Shown here in pieces: positions 35,401 to 47,323 of a stretch of DNA of 64,000 nt. The DNA comes from Chrysemys picta bellii (taxonomy: Eukaryota). Both the position numbers and the translations under genes were made by a program. The notes under the pieces were generated by a model. That model saw only the letters and a list, made by a program, of their open reading frames with translations, was not told the origin of the DNA and did no database searches. The stretch covers positions 30,318,001-30,382,000 of the forward strand of contig NC_088797.1 of the NCBI RefSeq assembly GCF_011386835.1, read 5' to 3'. Positions within the stretch are counted from its first letter, which is position 1. The number at the start of each line of letters is the position of its first letter.

Positions 35401-38116
35401 CATGGCTGCTGTCTGGCACACTGTGGTGCCCTGGGGAGGGAGGGAGACAGATGCAGGCACCATTCCTGCGACTCAACCTCCCGAACCCATTCCCAAAGGA
35501 TTCCCATCAGGCCCGTGGGCCCTCCCAAACCCACCCAGGTAGCATGGTCTCTGGCCAGTGCCAGATGGCACCTCCTAGAGGGAAGCTCCATGTCCCATTC
35601 CCCCCAACCCTCCGTCCAGCCAGTCCCCCACAGGCTGGGGTCAGATCGGAGCCAGCACCCCCTAGGGGTGAAGGGCCCAGTATCCCATTCCTAACCCTCC
35701 TGAGCCAGCCAGTGCCCCGGCTCTGGGACTGGATTGGAACCAGCACCCCCTAGAGGAAAAGGATGTGTCCCACCTTGGCCTGCAGGTAGAGGCTGGTGCT
35801 TGGTGAGCCGCGAGCCACGAGGCAGAGGCAGAGCGCCAGGGTGATAGCACCCAGCACGAAGAGTGAGTCATTGATGAGGACACGGGTCAGCACCACGGCC
35901 CAGGGCTCGGCCCGCCCCAGCCGCACCACGAAAGCACAGGCCACGTTCACTGCCAGGAAGAGCAGGCTGGCGCCCAGGCAGGCCCCCCGCACGGCCAGCC
36001 TGTGGGAGAAACTGAGACTGAGGGACCAGCCTGGAGACATACTGTTCCCCTCCTGCCCTGGGGGGCAGATCTACTCTGCCAGTCCCTTCCACTCCCCGCC
36101 CCCAGCTCTGCTGCCCCGTCCTTACCCGATCTCTCTGCAGAGCATTCCCTCCCCTCCAGATCCTTCTTCCCGACTCAGTGCAGCTCTCCTACTACGTTCC
36201 CTGCCCCTCCCACTCTCCCCAGATCCCCTCCCCACCACAGTCTCCCATCCTTGCCCCTCCCCCATCTCTCCAGCTTCCCCCTCCTTCCCCCCAGCTCAAT
36301 CCCTAAGCAGCTTTGCTGCTGGGCTCAGAGGATGCTGGGGGGGCAGGGGGGGAAGGTGCCCACACAGGGAGCCAGTCCAATCCCACTCCTCCCACCAGCC
36401 TTTGTTCCAGCCCTGCCCAGGGAAGGGGGGTGGGCACAGAGCCTCTATGCCCATTAGGCCAAAGCCACCAGCACCAGGGAATGTGGGGCACAGAGCCAGG
36501 CTGGGGGTGAGATGGCCCCAATTCAGCTGAGTGACTTCTGGATTTTATCCCTGGGTCTGGAAGGGGAGTGGGGTGTAGTGGGTTCCAGTGGGGCGAGGAG
36601 GTGTCAGGACTCCTGAGTTCTATTCCCAGCTTGGGGCATGGAGGGGCTATAAGTGGGTATGGGGTAGGGGGGAGTGTGGGGGGGATACTCACAGCCCTTT
36701 GGTCATGTTCGGGTGGTACTTAGCTTTAGCCTTGAACACCACCTAAGGAAGGGGGGCAGAGTTAGGGTCACAGCCTAACGGGCACCCCTCCACCAGCACA
36801 TGCCCCTTGCAGCGTGACTGAGGAGGCAGAGTCCAAGGGAGATGAGTTGCAAAACATCAACAAACAGAACGTGCCCCCCCGCCCCCAACAAGCCAGACCC
36901 AACCACAGTCAGAGCGCACCAGAGCCAGCAGGGAATGCAGCAAAAATTGGGGGCACAGCAGTAACAGGTGCAACCCCCCATGTGCAGCCCCTCCCCCGCA
37001 AAGGGAGAGAGGCTGGGTCTCTGGGGCTTGGTCATCCCTCACAAGACTCACCACTAAGGGCAGGATTTCATTAGAGGGGAAAGGTCCCATATCTCATTCC
37101 CTACACCTCTCACCAAGCCAGTCCCCCCTGCCCCGCCCCACCCCACCCTGTCCAGGGACAGACTGGTGCAAGCGCCCCCTAGAAGGGAAAGACCATGTTT
37201 CCCATTCCTCAACCCCATAGCCAGATAGTCCCCTCCCTCCATTCCACTGCTCCTCCCCCGCACCCTAAATGCTTCCCCAACTGATTTTCTGTCCCACGTT
37301 GGAGTCCTCTCCATGGGGCAGGGACAAGGCACTCAGCATCACAGGATGCTACTTTCTGGAGTCTGGACACGCCTATGACCCCATCACTGGGGTATCTGGG
37401 CACCTCCACAAATATTTATGCAAGCAGCATATGAAGGGAGTGGGGATTAGTGGGTTAGAGAGCAGGTAGGGGGCTACTGGGTTCTGTCCTCAGCTCTGAG
37501 AGGGGAATTGGGTCTAGTGGGCTAGAGCTGGGAGTCAGGACTCCTGGGTTCTGTCCCCAGCTTTGGAAGATGAGTGGGGCTTTAGTGGTTAGAGAAAGAG
37601 TTGGGAGCCAGGACTCCTGAGTTCCCTCCCCAGCTATGGGAAGCGCCAAGCAAGGAAAAGTGAAGCCAGGTGTGCGGAAACCCAAGTTGATGGCTTTTAC
37701 TCACAGGGCTGAGCCGTGAAGCCCCCCTCACCCCACCCCACCCTGATTACCTGGGCAAAGTAGAGGTTCATGAGCGTCAAGGTGAAGAACTGGAGGCAGA
37801 CGGGGCAGCAGTAGAGCAGCCAGTAGAGGAAGGGCCCCAGCTGGTTGGCCTTGAGAGTGTTCTTGAAGTAGAAGGAGAAGAGTGTGGTGCGGAGGGTGGC
37901 CCAGAGCAGGCAAAGGAAGAGGAAGACGGTCTGATAGCTGAACTTCTTGTGCCGGTAGAGCAGCACCAGCCACAGCTGGGCATAGACTGAGAGGAAGAGC
38001 AGGGCATACAGCGCCGTGTACAGCGCTGTGAGCCCCAGCTTGACCGCCGGGGGAAAAGCTGGCGTCAGGCGCTGGGCTGGCACAATCACCGTCAGGTTGC
38101 TGGCAGCTTGCTCCAT
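32426..38116 (-). CDS. GPR137: Integral membrane protein GPR137 (397 aa)
   Basis: Exons 38116-37751, 36742-36693, 35999-35774, 35430-35281, 34853-34725, 33045-32939, 32591-32426; phase-consistent. Motifs [17 protein letters not shown] and C-terminal [11 protein letters not shown] match GPR137. Confidence 0.96.
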
Positions 38117-39099
38117 GCCCAGCTGTCTCTTTGAGGGGAGAGTGCGGGGGGGGCTCAACTAGAAGAGGGCTATGAGGGGAGGCATCCCCTGAGAGCCGGA
38201 GGAGGATATAGCAAGGCTGGTATGAAGAAAGAGAGGTGCCAGGAGGATGTGGATTGCAGCAGAGCGGGTTTGAGGTGCCAAGAGGGGGTGCCCTACTACA
38301 GCGGGAAACAGTTTATCCTGGGCTGAGGGGTTCTATTGCTGGGGGCACAGCTTGTCCTGGGGGATTTCCCTAGGGGAAATCTGTCTGTCTTGGGCTGGGA
38401 GTGCCAGTGCTATGGGGGGGCAGTGTGTCCTGGGCTGGGGGTACTGCTGCTATCGGGGGCAACAGCGTGTCCAGAGATCAATTCCCTTTCCGAAGTGCTG
38501 AGTCCAGCATGTAGGGAGGGAGAACCAGCTCCCGTGGATGTATGGGAAAGGGGGGGGTTCCAGCCCACCTAGGACACCCCCCCCCCACGACAGTTCCCCA
38601 ACAGCAGTACCGGCTGTGGGCATCACAGCCTCCCCCACAGGAAGAGGCAAAATCCTGGGGAAAGAGAGGCCAGGGGGAGCCCGGCAGGCTCAGGCTGCTT
38701 CATGGCAGAAGGGGGGGGGGGGTGGTACAGGTTAGCGGGCAATATGGAGGGCTTGGGCCCTGATTCCCAGTTGGGGGGATTCTCCTGCCGGAGGTGAGGG
38801 GAATGACCCCGACCCTAATACCCTCCCAGTTCAATGGGGGGGGGTCTTCTCTGCCCCCTCCCCAGCCTCACTAGGCACCAGGGTCCCCTCAGTTGGGGGC
38901 TCCCCTCCCGCTGCGCTGCGTCCCAGCACGAAGGTGCCCGGACTCCTGGGTCCCCCGACCCACCCCAATTAGGTATCCTCTTCAAAGGGTCCCTCAAAGT
39001 ACCCCCAATTTTGGGGTCCCTTAGCGCTCCCCCCCACTTGGGGTCTCCCTTTTCCCTCCCCCCGGTCCTCGGACGCCAAGGTCCCCTCACCCCCTCCCG

Positions 39100-39830
39100 C
39101 TAAGAGACCCCCGCCTAGAGTCCTCGGACGCCTGGGTTCCCCGGCTTCAGTCGCGGCAGCGGCGATGACAGCAGCCGGCAGCTACTAGCTGCGCAAAGCG
39201 CGTAACCTTCCCCACCCCCACGCAGGAGACGGGCCCGCCCCCCGCGCAAGCGGCGTAAGGCAAATCGTCAAGAGTCACGACCATAGAGAACGAGAAGCGA
39301 GGTCGGGGAGAGCGCCACGTCCTGCCGCCATCTTAGCTATGGGCAAATGAAGCGCCCCCACCGAGCGCGCCCTCATATCCCCCAGAGCCTCCACCCCACT
39401 GCCCTGCATCTCCCAGCGCCCCCACCCCAGTGACCCCGAACAGCCGCCCAGAACCTTTGCACCCGCCGACATGTCACTCCCCAGCCCAGTGCCCCCCACC
39501 GCCTCCGCACCCCCAGAGCCCCTCCCCCAGCACTCCCCTGTGCCCCACACCAGTGCCCCCCTCAGCGACCACACCCCAGTCGCCCCGCTGGCAGGAAGAT
39601 TGAGGGGGTGGCGTGGTTGGTGCAGGCAGCCTCATGAACCCGGGGCGGGAGACGGGGCCGGCTGAGGTCACTAGGGGGCAGGGCTTCCCCCGTGATGTAG
39701 GGGATCTGTGATTGGGCACGGCTGGTGTCAGTCCCTATTGCCCGGGTGACTGTGGCTGGGCCCGCGATCCCGGGTGTAAATAGGGGGGATTGATTGATAG
39801 CAACCCCCCCCCCCCCCGCGGGTGAGTGAG
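39100..39830. promoter_or_regulatory. CpG-island bidirectional promoter GPR137 / BAD with a YY1 motif
   Basis: CpG-dense; GCCGCCATCTT (YY1 consensus) at 39324-39334; head-to-head genes as in human; candidate BAD exon-1 donor CGG|GTGAGT at 39822. Confidence 0.75.
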
Positions 39831-40069
39831 GGAAGGGAAATCCCAGGAGCTGAGGGGGAGACGGCGGGGGCTGGAGGGGGGACGGAATACAATCCCAGGC
39901 GGGTGGGAGAGGGGAATGCTAGGTGGGGGGCGGGGCAGGGAGATCAGGCAGTCCCGGGAGTATATGTCGGGGACTCCTTTCCCCAAGTGAGGGGCCCGGG
40001 GCTATGCACCCCTTGACACCCCCCTTCTCTTGCAGCGCGGCGCCCGGGCGCCATGCCCCGTCCCTGAGC

Positions 40070-41415
40070 ATGTTTCGCATCCAGGAGTTCCCGGACGAGG
40101 TGTTCCCGGGGCGAGGGAAGGAGTCGCCTCTTCCCCCCGAGTCGCAGCGGGGACACACGTCCGGCTCCAAGCAGCCAGACACCCCCACAGCTGGTGAGAC
40201 ACCCCCCCCGCATCCGGACTGGAAAAGGCAGCCCTGGACCCAGCATGCTCGTCCCCCACCCCAGAGTATTGTCCACAATGGGGGTCACAGAACTTTGGGG
40301 GGGGGCTTCTGCCCCATGTAACACCCAGCTGGGGGGATTCCCCCTTTCCTAGCTTCCGCCCTAGGTTGGGCTCCCAGATCTTTCTGAGGGAATTCCCCAT
40401 TCCCACAAAGCCCTTCCTCCCCCCCCCAAATGCCAGGGTTTCCAGCCTTCCCCTGCGAGTGTGTGTCAGTCCCTGATCTCCAACCCCTCAATTTCCTCCT
40501 CCTGCAGAGGTGCGAAGCCGGATAGGGTCAGACCCCCCATCTCTGGAGCCAGAAGTGCAGGATGAGCCAGGTGGGGCATTCCGGGCACGCTCACGCTCAG
40601 CCCCCCCCATCCTTTGGGCTGCCATGCGTTACGGGCGGGAACTGCGCAGGATGAGTGATGAGTTTGACGTGGCGCTGCAGGTGAGATGGGTTTAGAAGGG
40701 GCAGGGGGCACATGGAGAGGGGATGACCCCCAGGGGGAGGTGAAACAGGGGGGAAGGGAGGACACAATTCCTTGGGGGGCAGTTGCACTCAAACTGCCAA
40801 CCCAATGAGCTCCCCCACTTCCAGGTCTCAAGCCGGAGACCTGTGGCTGGCATGGAGAAGGGAACCATAAGATGCTGGGGGGGAGAGAGGATTTGGGGAG
40901 GCCAAAAAGACCTCCTCACTCACCTCAGAGGAACCCCTCCAGCATCCACTGGAGGTGGGTCCGTCCTTCTCTCCCCCACACACATTAGGTGGGGTGGCAT
41001 TGCTCAGCTGTCCAGGGCCATCAGCATGCAGTGTCCATCAAAGAGGCAGCAAGCTGGCTCGCCCACACAAGGGGGGGGGGGCAGGGCAGGCATGGAGCAC
41101 TGCAGAGAGAGCTGGGAGATGGGGGGGAAAGCACCTGGGAGGGCAGTAGAGGTGGGGGGCTGCCAGAGACGCAGTCGGGGATGTTCATGGGAGGGCTTGC
41201 TATATAGGGGCAGCATTTGCAATGGGAGAAGGCACTTTCAGTGGGGGTGTCCCCACTGGGCTCTCACCATCTCCCTCCTCCTCTAGGTGCTGCCACGCCC
41301 CAAGAGTGCAGGCACAACATCCCAGCTGCACCGGGGGAACAGCTGGAAAGAAACCCTCCAGGCCTGGTTGGGACACAGACCCGCCCGTGATGCCCCCCCC
41401 AGGAGCTCCAAATGA
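40070..41415 (+). CDS. BAD: BCL2-associated agonist of cell death (141 aa)
   Basis: Exons 40070-40193, 40508-40680, 41287-41415. Motifs MFRIQEF, RSRSAPP, BH3 [12 protein letters not shown] and LPRPKSAG. Confidence 0.96.
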
Positions 41416-41660
41416 CGGCAGCTTCCCTGCTGGGGGGATGGGACCAGCCCCTTGAGGGCAAGCTCTGCAGGATGCCAGTCTCCTGGGAGGAGGGAGATGT
41501 TGGGGGGAGCTCTGTATGGGACATATTCCCCCAAACAACTCTCCCCTACCCAGCCCTCCGGGTAGGCAGCTGCCTGTCTCCCCATAGGGTGACTCCCCAC
41601 ATCTATCTCTGGAGGGAGGGGGGAAGAGCCTGAGTTTTTTACACTAGCTGGGGAAGTTGT

Positions 41661-41706
41661 AATAAAAACTGGTATTTTTTATGGCTGCCTGCATTAGTTT
41701 TTTATT
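41661..41706. terminator. Convergent poly(A) signals: BAD (+, 41661-41666) and AKR (-, 41701-41706)
   Basis: AATAAA on + and TTTATT ~35 nt further on. Confidence 0.75.
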
Positions 41707-42300
41707 GCATCTCTGTTGTGGTGGTACAGCCACCGTCACAGGTGCCCCCTTCCAAATCCTAGTCACAAACACAGACACCTACGCTCCCCACTGCCTTCCC
41801 CGCCCCAGCCACACACACCTCCCACCATTCCCTGTCCTGCAGCACCGTCCCCGCAACCATGCACGCCTGCTACTGCGCTTCCCCATGGCAGCACTGCCTC
41901 CCCCATCCACAGCACTACCCTCCAGCCACATGCACCTGCCCCCCCTTCTTCAGTACCACCCCCGACCACACATACCTACCAACCAGTCCCCCCCTGCAGT
42001 GCCCTCCGCCCCCACAGCCACACGCATCTGCCAACCTGTCCCCCTCCTGCAGCACTGCCCTCCCAACCAAGCATGCCTGCCACCCTGTCCCCTGCCTGCA
42101 GCACTGTCCCCCCCGGTCACATGTGCCTGCCACCCTGTCCCCCCCCGCAGCATCACCAACCTCTCCAGCCACATATGCCTGACACCACTCCCGAGTTCTT
42201 TCCATCATCCCTCCCCCCTGCAACAGTGCCCCCTTCCACGCATGCTTACCCCCAACAACACCCCAACCATGCCTCCCCACACACATATGCACCTTCCACT

Positions 42301-43817
42301 TTATGTCACTCCACTGGGGTCCCAGCAGTAGTGCCTGCTGCAGTCCATCGCCCCCAGCTCAGCCATATCCTCTGGCCTGAGGTCCCAGCCCCAAAGTTGG
42401 GCATTCTCGGCCAGGCGGGTGGGGCTGACAGACTTGGGGATCACCCCCACACCCTGGTGCAGGGCCCAGCGTAGAAGAACCTGGGCAGGAGTACGCCCCT
42501 GGCGCTCTGCCACCCGCCCCACCTCTGCCCGGCCCAACAGCTGCCCACAGCCCAGTGAGGCGTAGGCCTGGAGATGAATGCCATGCTGCTGGCAGAAGTC
42601 CCATAGCTCCCGCTGGGGCAGCTCTGGGTGGAACTCCACCTGCAGCACAGCCGGCGGCACCCGGCAGTGGGCCAGTAGCTCCTGCAGGTGTCCCAGGGTG
42701 TAGTTAGAAACGCCTATTGCCCGCAGGTGCCCAGCGTGATGCATCTGCTCCAGCGCCCGCCAGCTCTCCCAGCGCCGCTCCCGATTGCCCTTGTCTCCTT
42801 GGGGCTTGCCCTGTGTGCCTGGCCAGTGGATGAGATAGAGATCCAGGTAGCCACAGGCTAGCTGCTCCAGGCTACGCAGGCAGGCAGCCTCAGCTTCGGC
42901 CTTGCCCTGGTCCCGTGGACCCAGCTTGGTGGTGAGGAAGACATCAGAGCGTGCTAGGCCATGAAGGGGCAGCAGGGCCCTCAGTGCCTGCCCAATCGCT
43001 GCCTCATTGCCATAGACAGCAGCTGTGTCAAAGGAGCGGTAGCCATGGGCTAGGGCAGCTTCCACGCACTGGGACACCAGCTCAGCCCCTTGCAGGCGGA
43101 AAGTTCCCATGCCAAGCAGGGGCATTCGGGTTCCACTGTTCAGTAGCACAGTCTGCTCTGTGGGCCTACGGGAGGAATAAATGCAGGTGTTAGGGATACC
43201 ACCGCCCTCAGGGCAGCTACTGGAGAGAAGGCGTGTACATGCAAAGCCGAGCGACAACCATGCACGAGAGGGGACGCCCATGCAAGCCTGCGCCACGAGC
43301 ATCCAAGGGGATATGCGGGTGAACCTGCCCCACAAGTGCATGAAGGGAATGAGGGACTCGCCCTATAATAAATAATAGAGATATACTATCTCCTAGAACT
43401 GGAAGGGACCTTGAAACGTCATAGAGTCCAGCCCCCTGCCTTCACTAGCAGGACCAAGTACTGATTTTGCCCCAGATCCCCAAGTGGCCCCCTCAAGGAT
43501 TGAACTCACAACCCTGGGTTTAGCAGGCCAACGCTCAAACCACTGAGCTATCCCTTCCCCCTAGCATGCACCGCGAGCGTGCACGAGATGTCTGTGCAGA
43601 GCTGCACCCCGCGAACGTGCGAGGTGGAGGGGATGCGCTTATTGACCCTGCACCGCCCTCCCCCCAGGGAGCCAGTGCACCCACCTCCTGAGTCCTGCTA
43701 CCCATGACCCAGGCACCACCCCGCCGGCGGCACTCCCCGTGCCCCAGGCGATCCCCGGGGCTCTGCCCCCAACACACACACACCCACTCACCCAAGCGAC
43801 ACCCCCGCCTCCTCCAT
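42301..43817 (-). CDS. Aldo-keto reductase, glyoxal-reductase/2,5-DKG-reductase-like (296 aa)
   Basis: Exon 43817-43792 (gccATGG, MEEAGVSLG, GG|gtgagt, phase 2) plus exon 43165-42301. Catalytic tetrad FDTAAVY, TTKL, LIHWP; also IGVSNY, QVEFHP and IPKS. Confidence 0.92.
43378..43554 (-). mobile_element. tRNA-head / CR1-tail SINE (tortoise Pol III/SINE type)
   Basis: The minus strand starts GGGATAGCTCAGTGGTTTGAGC (A box) and has GTTCAATCC (B box), followed by a CR1-like tail ending GTTCTAGGAGATAG. Confidence 0.8.
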
Positions 43818-43829
43818 GGCTCTAGCGCA

Positions 43830-43990
43830 ACTTCCTCCACGTGACCAGGGGGCGGAGCCGGGACCTTCCAATCCCCGTCGGGGGGCGGAGCCACGGCTGC
43901 AAGGGCCGGAATTAAAGGATTAGTCAAAGCGCACGTGAGCTGTCCGGTAGCTGGCGAGGACGGCCCGGGGGGGGGCCTGCGGTCATGCCG
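43830..43990 (-). promoter_or_regulatory. AKR proximal promoter
   Basis: Two GGGGCGGAGC GC boxes and two CACGTG E-boxes just upstream of the ATG exon; CpG-rich. Confidence 0.55.
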
Positions 43991-46699
43991 CTCCCCCTGG
44001 TGCACACATGCAACCCTGGTGCTTTGGGTACAAAACGGTGTATGTACGTACCTCACACTGCACCCCCTGTGCCTCGGGTATAAATCAAGGTGCACGGATA
44101 TACCCCATACTGCACCTGAGGCTTAGCTATACATTGTGGCGCACAGTGCGTATCCTATGGGTATAATTCAGAGGTCAGAGTTTGCTGAGACCGCTGCTAT
44201 CATGCTGGCCAATATTGCCTCTGTTTCTTTGTACTCTCTCATCTGTTTGTATTCATCTGTTCGGATTGGAAAGGGTTTGGCAGGGACTGTCTTTGTTCCG
44301 GTTGTACAATGCCTAGCACAATGGGGTCCTGGTCCATGATTGAGGTTCCTAGGTGCCACAGTAATACCAATAATGAAGGGTGAATGCATGTACCCCACAT
44401 TTCACCACTGTGTGAATCCTTGGTGCACCCATGTTACACTCCTGCATCTCAGTAATAAATTAGAGTGCATGGTGCATGCACCGACCCCACACTGCATCCC
44501 TGCACCTCAGCTATAAACCAGTGTGCACAACAGCATGCATGTACCCACACTGCATGCCTGCACCTCAAGGTGCATGCTCAGCATATGTACTATGTGCTTT
44601 TATTGCTGCATGGTCTCTACCTGCATGCCACCTGCTATGTCTCTGTTCTTAGGGGTGCACAGACACCCCATGGCAACACGTTTGTGATGTGCATTCTGCT
44701 GTGGGCATCTCCTGTGGTAGAGCTTCTGCCTTATTGGGGGCCCCTAGCACAGCACTCAGCCCCACACCTGGGGGGAATCTCCCCAGCCCCAGGACCCAAC
44801 AACAACCCTGTTACTCCCCAATCGCATGGGCAACATCTTCCCCCCACCTTACCCTGTTAGCCACCAGTCCTGACCCAGGGGAACTGCCCCTTCCCCAGCA
44901 CTGCCCCATTAACCCCTCATCTTCTGTGGAAGATCATGGAACCCCCGCCTCTTTATTTCCCCTTCCTCACTTGACCGTGGGTGAACCCCCTCCCCTGCCC
45001 AACCCTGCCCCCCGACCATGTTACCACCCCGCCTCTGGGAGAGCCCCTGCCCCTTGCTACCCTCCTTGTCCTGGTGGACCCCTCATTCCCTATTACCACC
45101 CCCCCGCGCGCTCGGGAGTCCCCTCTCCCCCCGACCACATTATCTCCCTGCCCAACCCCGGGGAACCCCCTTTCCCCCAGACCCCTTCACCCTGCCAACC
45201 CCAAGGAAGCCTCCCCTCCCGCCCGCCCCCAATTCTGCTCCCCCCGCTCTCCATGGGGCGCCAGGGCTGGACTCCCTGGTGCGGAGTCTGGATGAGCCTG
45301 CAGCGTGCAGAACCAGCCAACGACCGGCAGAGGACGCCCCGCATCGCTTCCTGGGCGCTGGTTTGGAAGCAGCAGCTTGGGGTGGGGGGCGGCGCAGGAG
45401 TAAATGAATCCAGAACCACCCCTCCCCCATGATTCCGCTCCCAGACTCCATAGTCACCCCCTGTTCCAAGGGAGACCCCCATGCATGACTCAGCTCCAGA
45501 CCCCATTACCATTACCACCTCTCAGCCCTGAGTGTCCACTCGCCCCCCTGATCCCACCTCAGACCCCAAACTCCCCACCCCAAAGAAACACTTGACCCCT
45601 AATCCCATATACGCCCCACAAGCACAAGGAGGGCACCCTCGCTTGAAGCCATAGCCCAGCACCCCCGCCCCCCAGGAAGCCTTCTTCATACCGATCCCCA
45701 CAGCGCCTTCCCCACCGGATGGGAGTCCACACCTCCCAACCCCGCCCCCACCGCATGGGAGCCCCCATAGACTCCGCATCTCCCTCACCCCCCAATGGAA
45801 CCCCCTCATCTTCCAGCCTGGTATCTCCGATCCTTTGTCCCCCTCAGCTCCCCACCCCCCTCGCTGCAACACCAGCAGATGTCAGTGCTGACCTGCCCCA
45901 TCTGCCAAATTGACCCCCCAAGCCGGATTTAGCAGAGGAATATACCTGAGCCCCCCCCCCCCCATACCGCCATAAACCTGAATGGGGACATAATCCTGCC
46001 CTCCGCCCCTCCCCTCACCGGATGAAACGCTCGGAAAACGCCCACTGAAGACGGGGACTCCCGGGACCCCTCCCTCACTGGGGTGGGACGAGGGCTAGGA
46101 GCTCCAGGTGGTTTGCAATGGGGCTGGCTAGATGAGGGAGTAGCAGGGATCAGATAAGGACACGGACTCTTCCCCCTCAGTCTTGGAGCCGCAGACAATG
46201 GGGGTGTCTGAGGACTGCGACGAGGGGAACAGCCAGACAGGATTACAGAGTAGGGGAGGGAAGGGAGTGACTGGGAGCTCCCCCCACATCCAACGCTCCC
46301 ACCACTCCCTACAGCGCCCCCGCTGGGAGAGGCGGGTCTGGAGAAGCCAGGGGCTCCCCACACAACCAGCGCTCTCACACACCCCTCCCTACAGCGCCCC
46401 CTGCTGGGAGAGGCGAATCTGGAGAAGCCAGGAGCTCCCCCAACAGCCAGCGCTCTCACCCGCTCCCTGCTGCGCCCCGTGCTGGGAGAGGAGTTGCGGG
46501 GATCACCTGGAGAACGATGGGGGGTTGAGGGCAGGTGGGGAAGCATTTGGAGGGGGAATTGGCGGCTGAGGACATATGCTGGAGAGTGTGTAGGGGGGAA
46601 CTTGGGGGGGCAGTGTCTGGAAGAGAGGGATGGGGGAGGGAGCTGGGGTCGGGGAGCAGTAGAGGCGCAGCTGGAAGATTTCCTCCTCCCTTCCAAGTG

Positions 46700-47323
46700 T
46701 CTGGCTTGCAGGCGTGGGTGCGGGGGGGGGGGTACTAGTTTTCAATGAGGCGTATGGGGACCCCCGTGCACTGAGCTGCCCCCTCCATCTCGGTTCCGGC
46801 GGCAGGGTGAGGGTGTGCTGCTGTTTTGCAGTGGGGGTCCCCTCCCCAGGGCACTCCCCCCTCCCGGCACTGCTGGCCGTGTTAGGAGCCCCCCCGCCCC
46901 CCATTGCAGTCTGCGCACGGTGCCCTCCCCAGCCATCCATCCCTCGCCAGGGTGGAGCATGAAGCTGCCAGCGGGAGCATCCTCAGCCTGTCCCCGGCAG
47001 CCGGGCTCGCTCCGCCGTTTTGCTGGTGCCCGCAGCCTGGCGGCAGAGGGGTCCCCGGCCCCCCCAGATCGGGGGGCAGCTCGGCTGGGGGGCTCTGCAG
47101 GAAGGGGCGGAGGCACAGGCTGTGGAGGGGATCGTGCAGACCCCCCACTCCTTTCCCAGCTGCAGATGGACCAGTGACTCCAGGAGCAGCCCTGTGCCCC
47201 CTCGAACGCCAGCTAACGGGGGTCCGCTCCTTTGCTCCCCACAGATCTGAGCAGCGGCGAGGGGAGCGTGTGTGCAGCCCGCCCCAGAGGGGAGGTGGTG
47301 CTGCGACCTGATCCCACAGCCCG
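46700..47323 (+). promoter_or_regulatory. CpG-rich promoter / candidate non-coding first exon of the exchanger gene
   Basis: CpG enrichment; donor CCG|GTAAGG at 47324; matching acceptor TTGCAG|G at 51008, 28 nt before the ATG. Confidence 0.5.

Noticed and set aside
40825-41286. Alternative BAD last exon starting at CCAG|GTCTCA
   Set aside because: The peptide has no similarity to BAD, whereas the exon at 41287 gives the conserved LPRPKSAG.
42301-43341. 346-aa AKR from the ORF-track start, or a recent bacterial transfer
   Set aside because: The region above 43165 is intron with a clear acceptor. A spliced Kozak ATG exon and host-like codon/GC usage argue against recent transfer or contamination.
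43483-43554. tRNA gene
   Set aside because: Poor acceptor-stem pairing and direct fusion to a CR1-like tail indicate a SINE head.
45250-46750. Exon-like, CpG-containing islands between the AKR and exchanger promoters
   Set aside because: No recognisable protein and no phase-consistent chain. They could be UTR exons or a lncRNA, but the sequence alone does not support a call.
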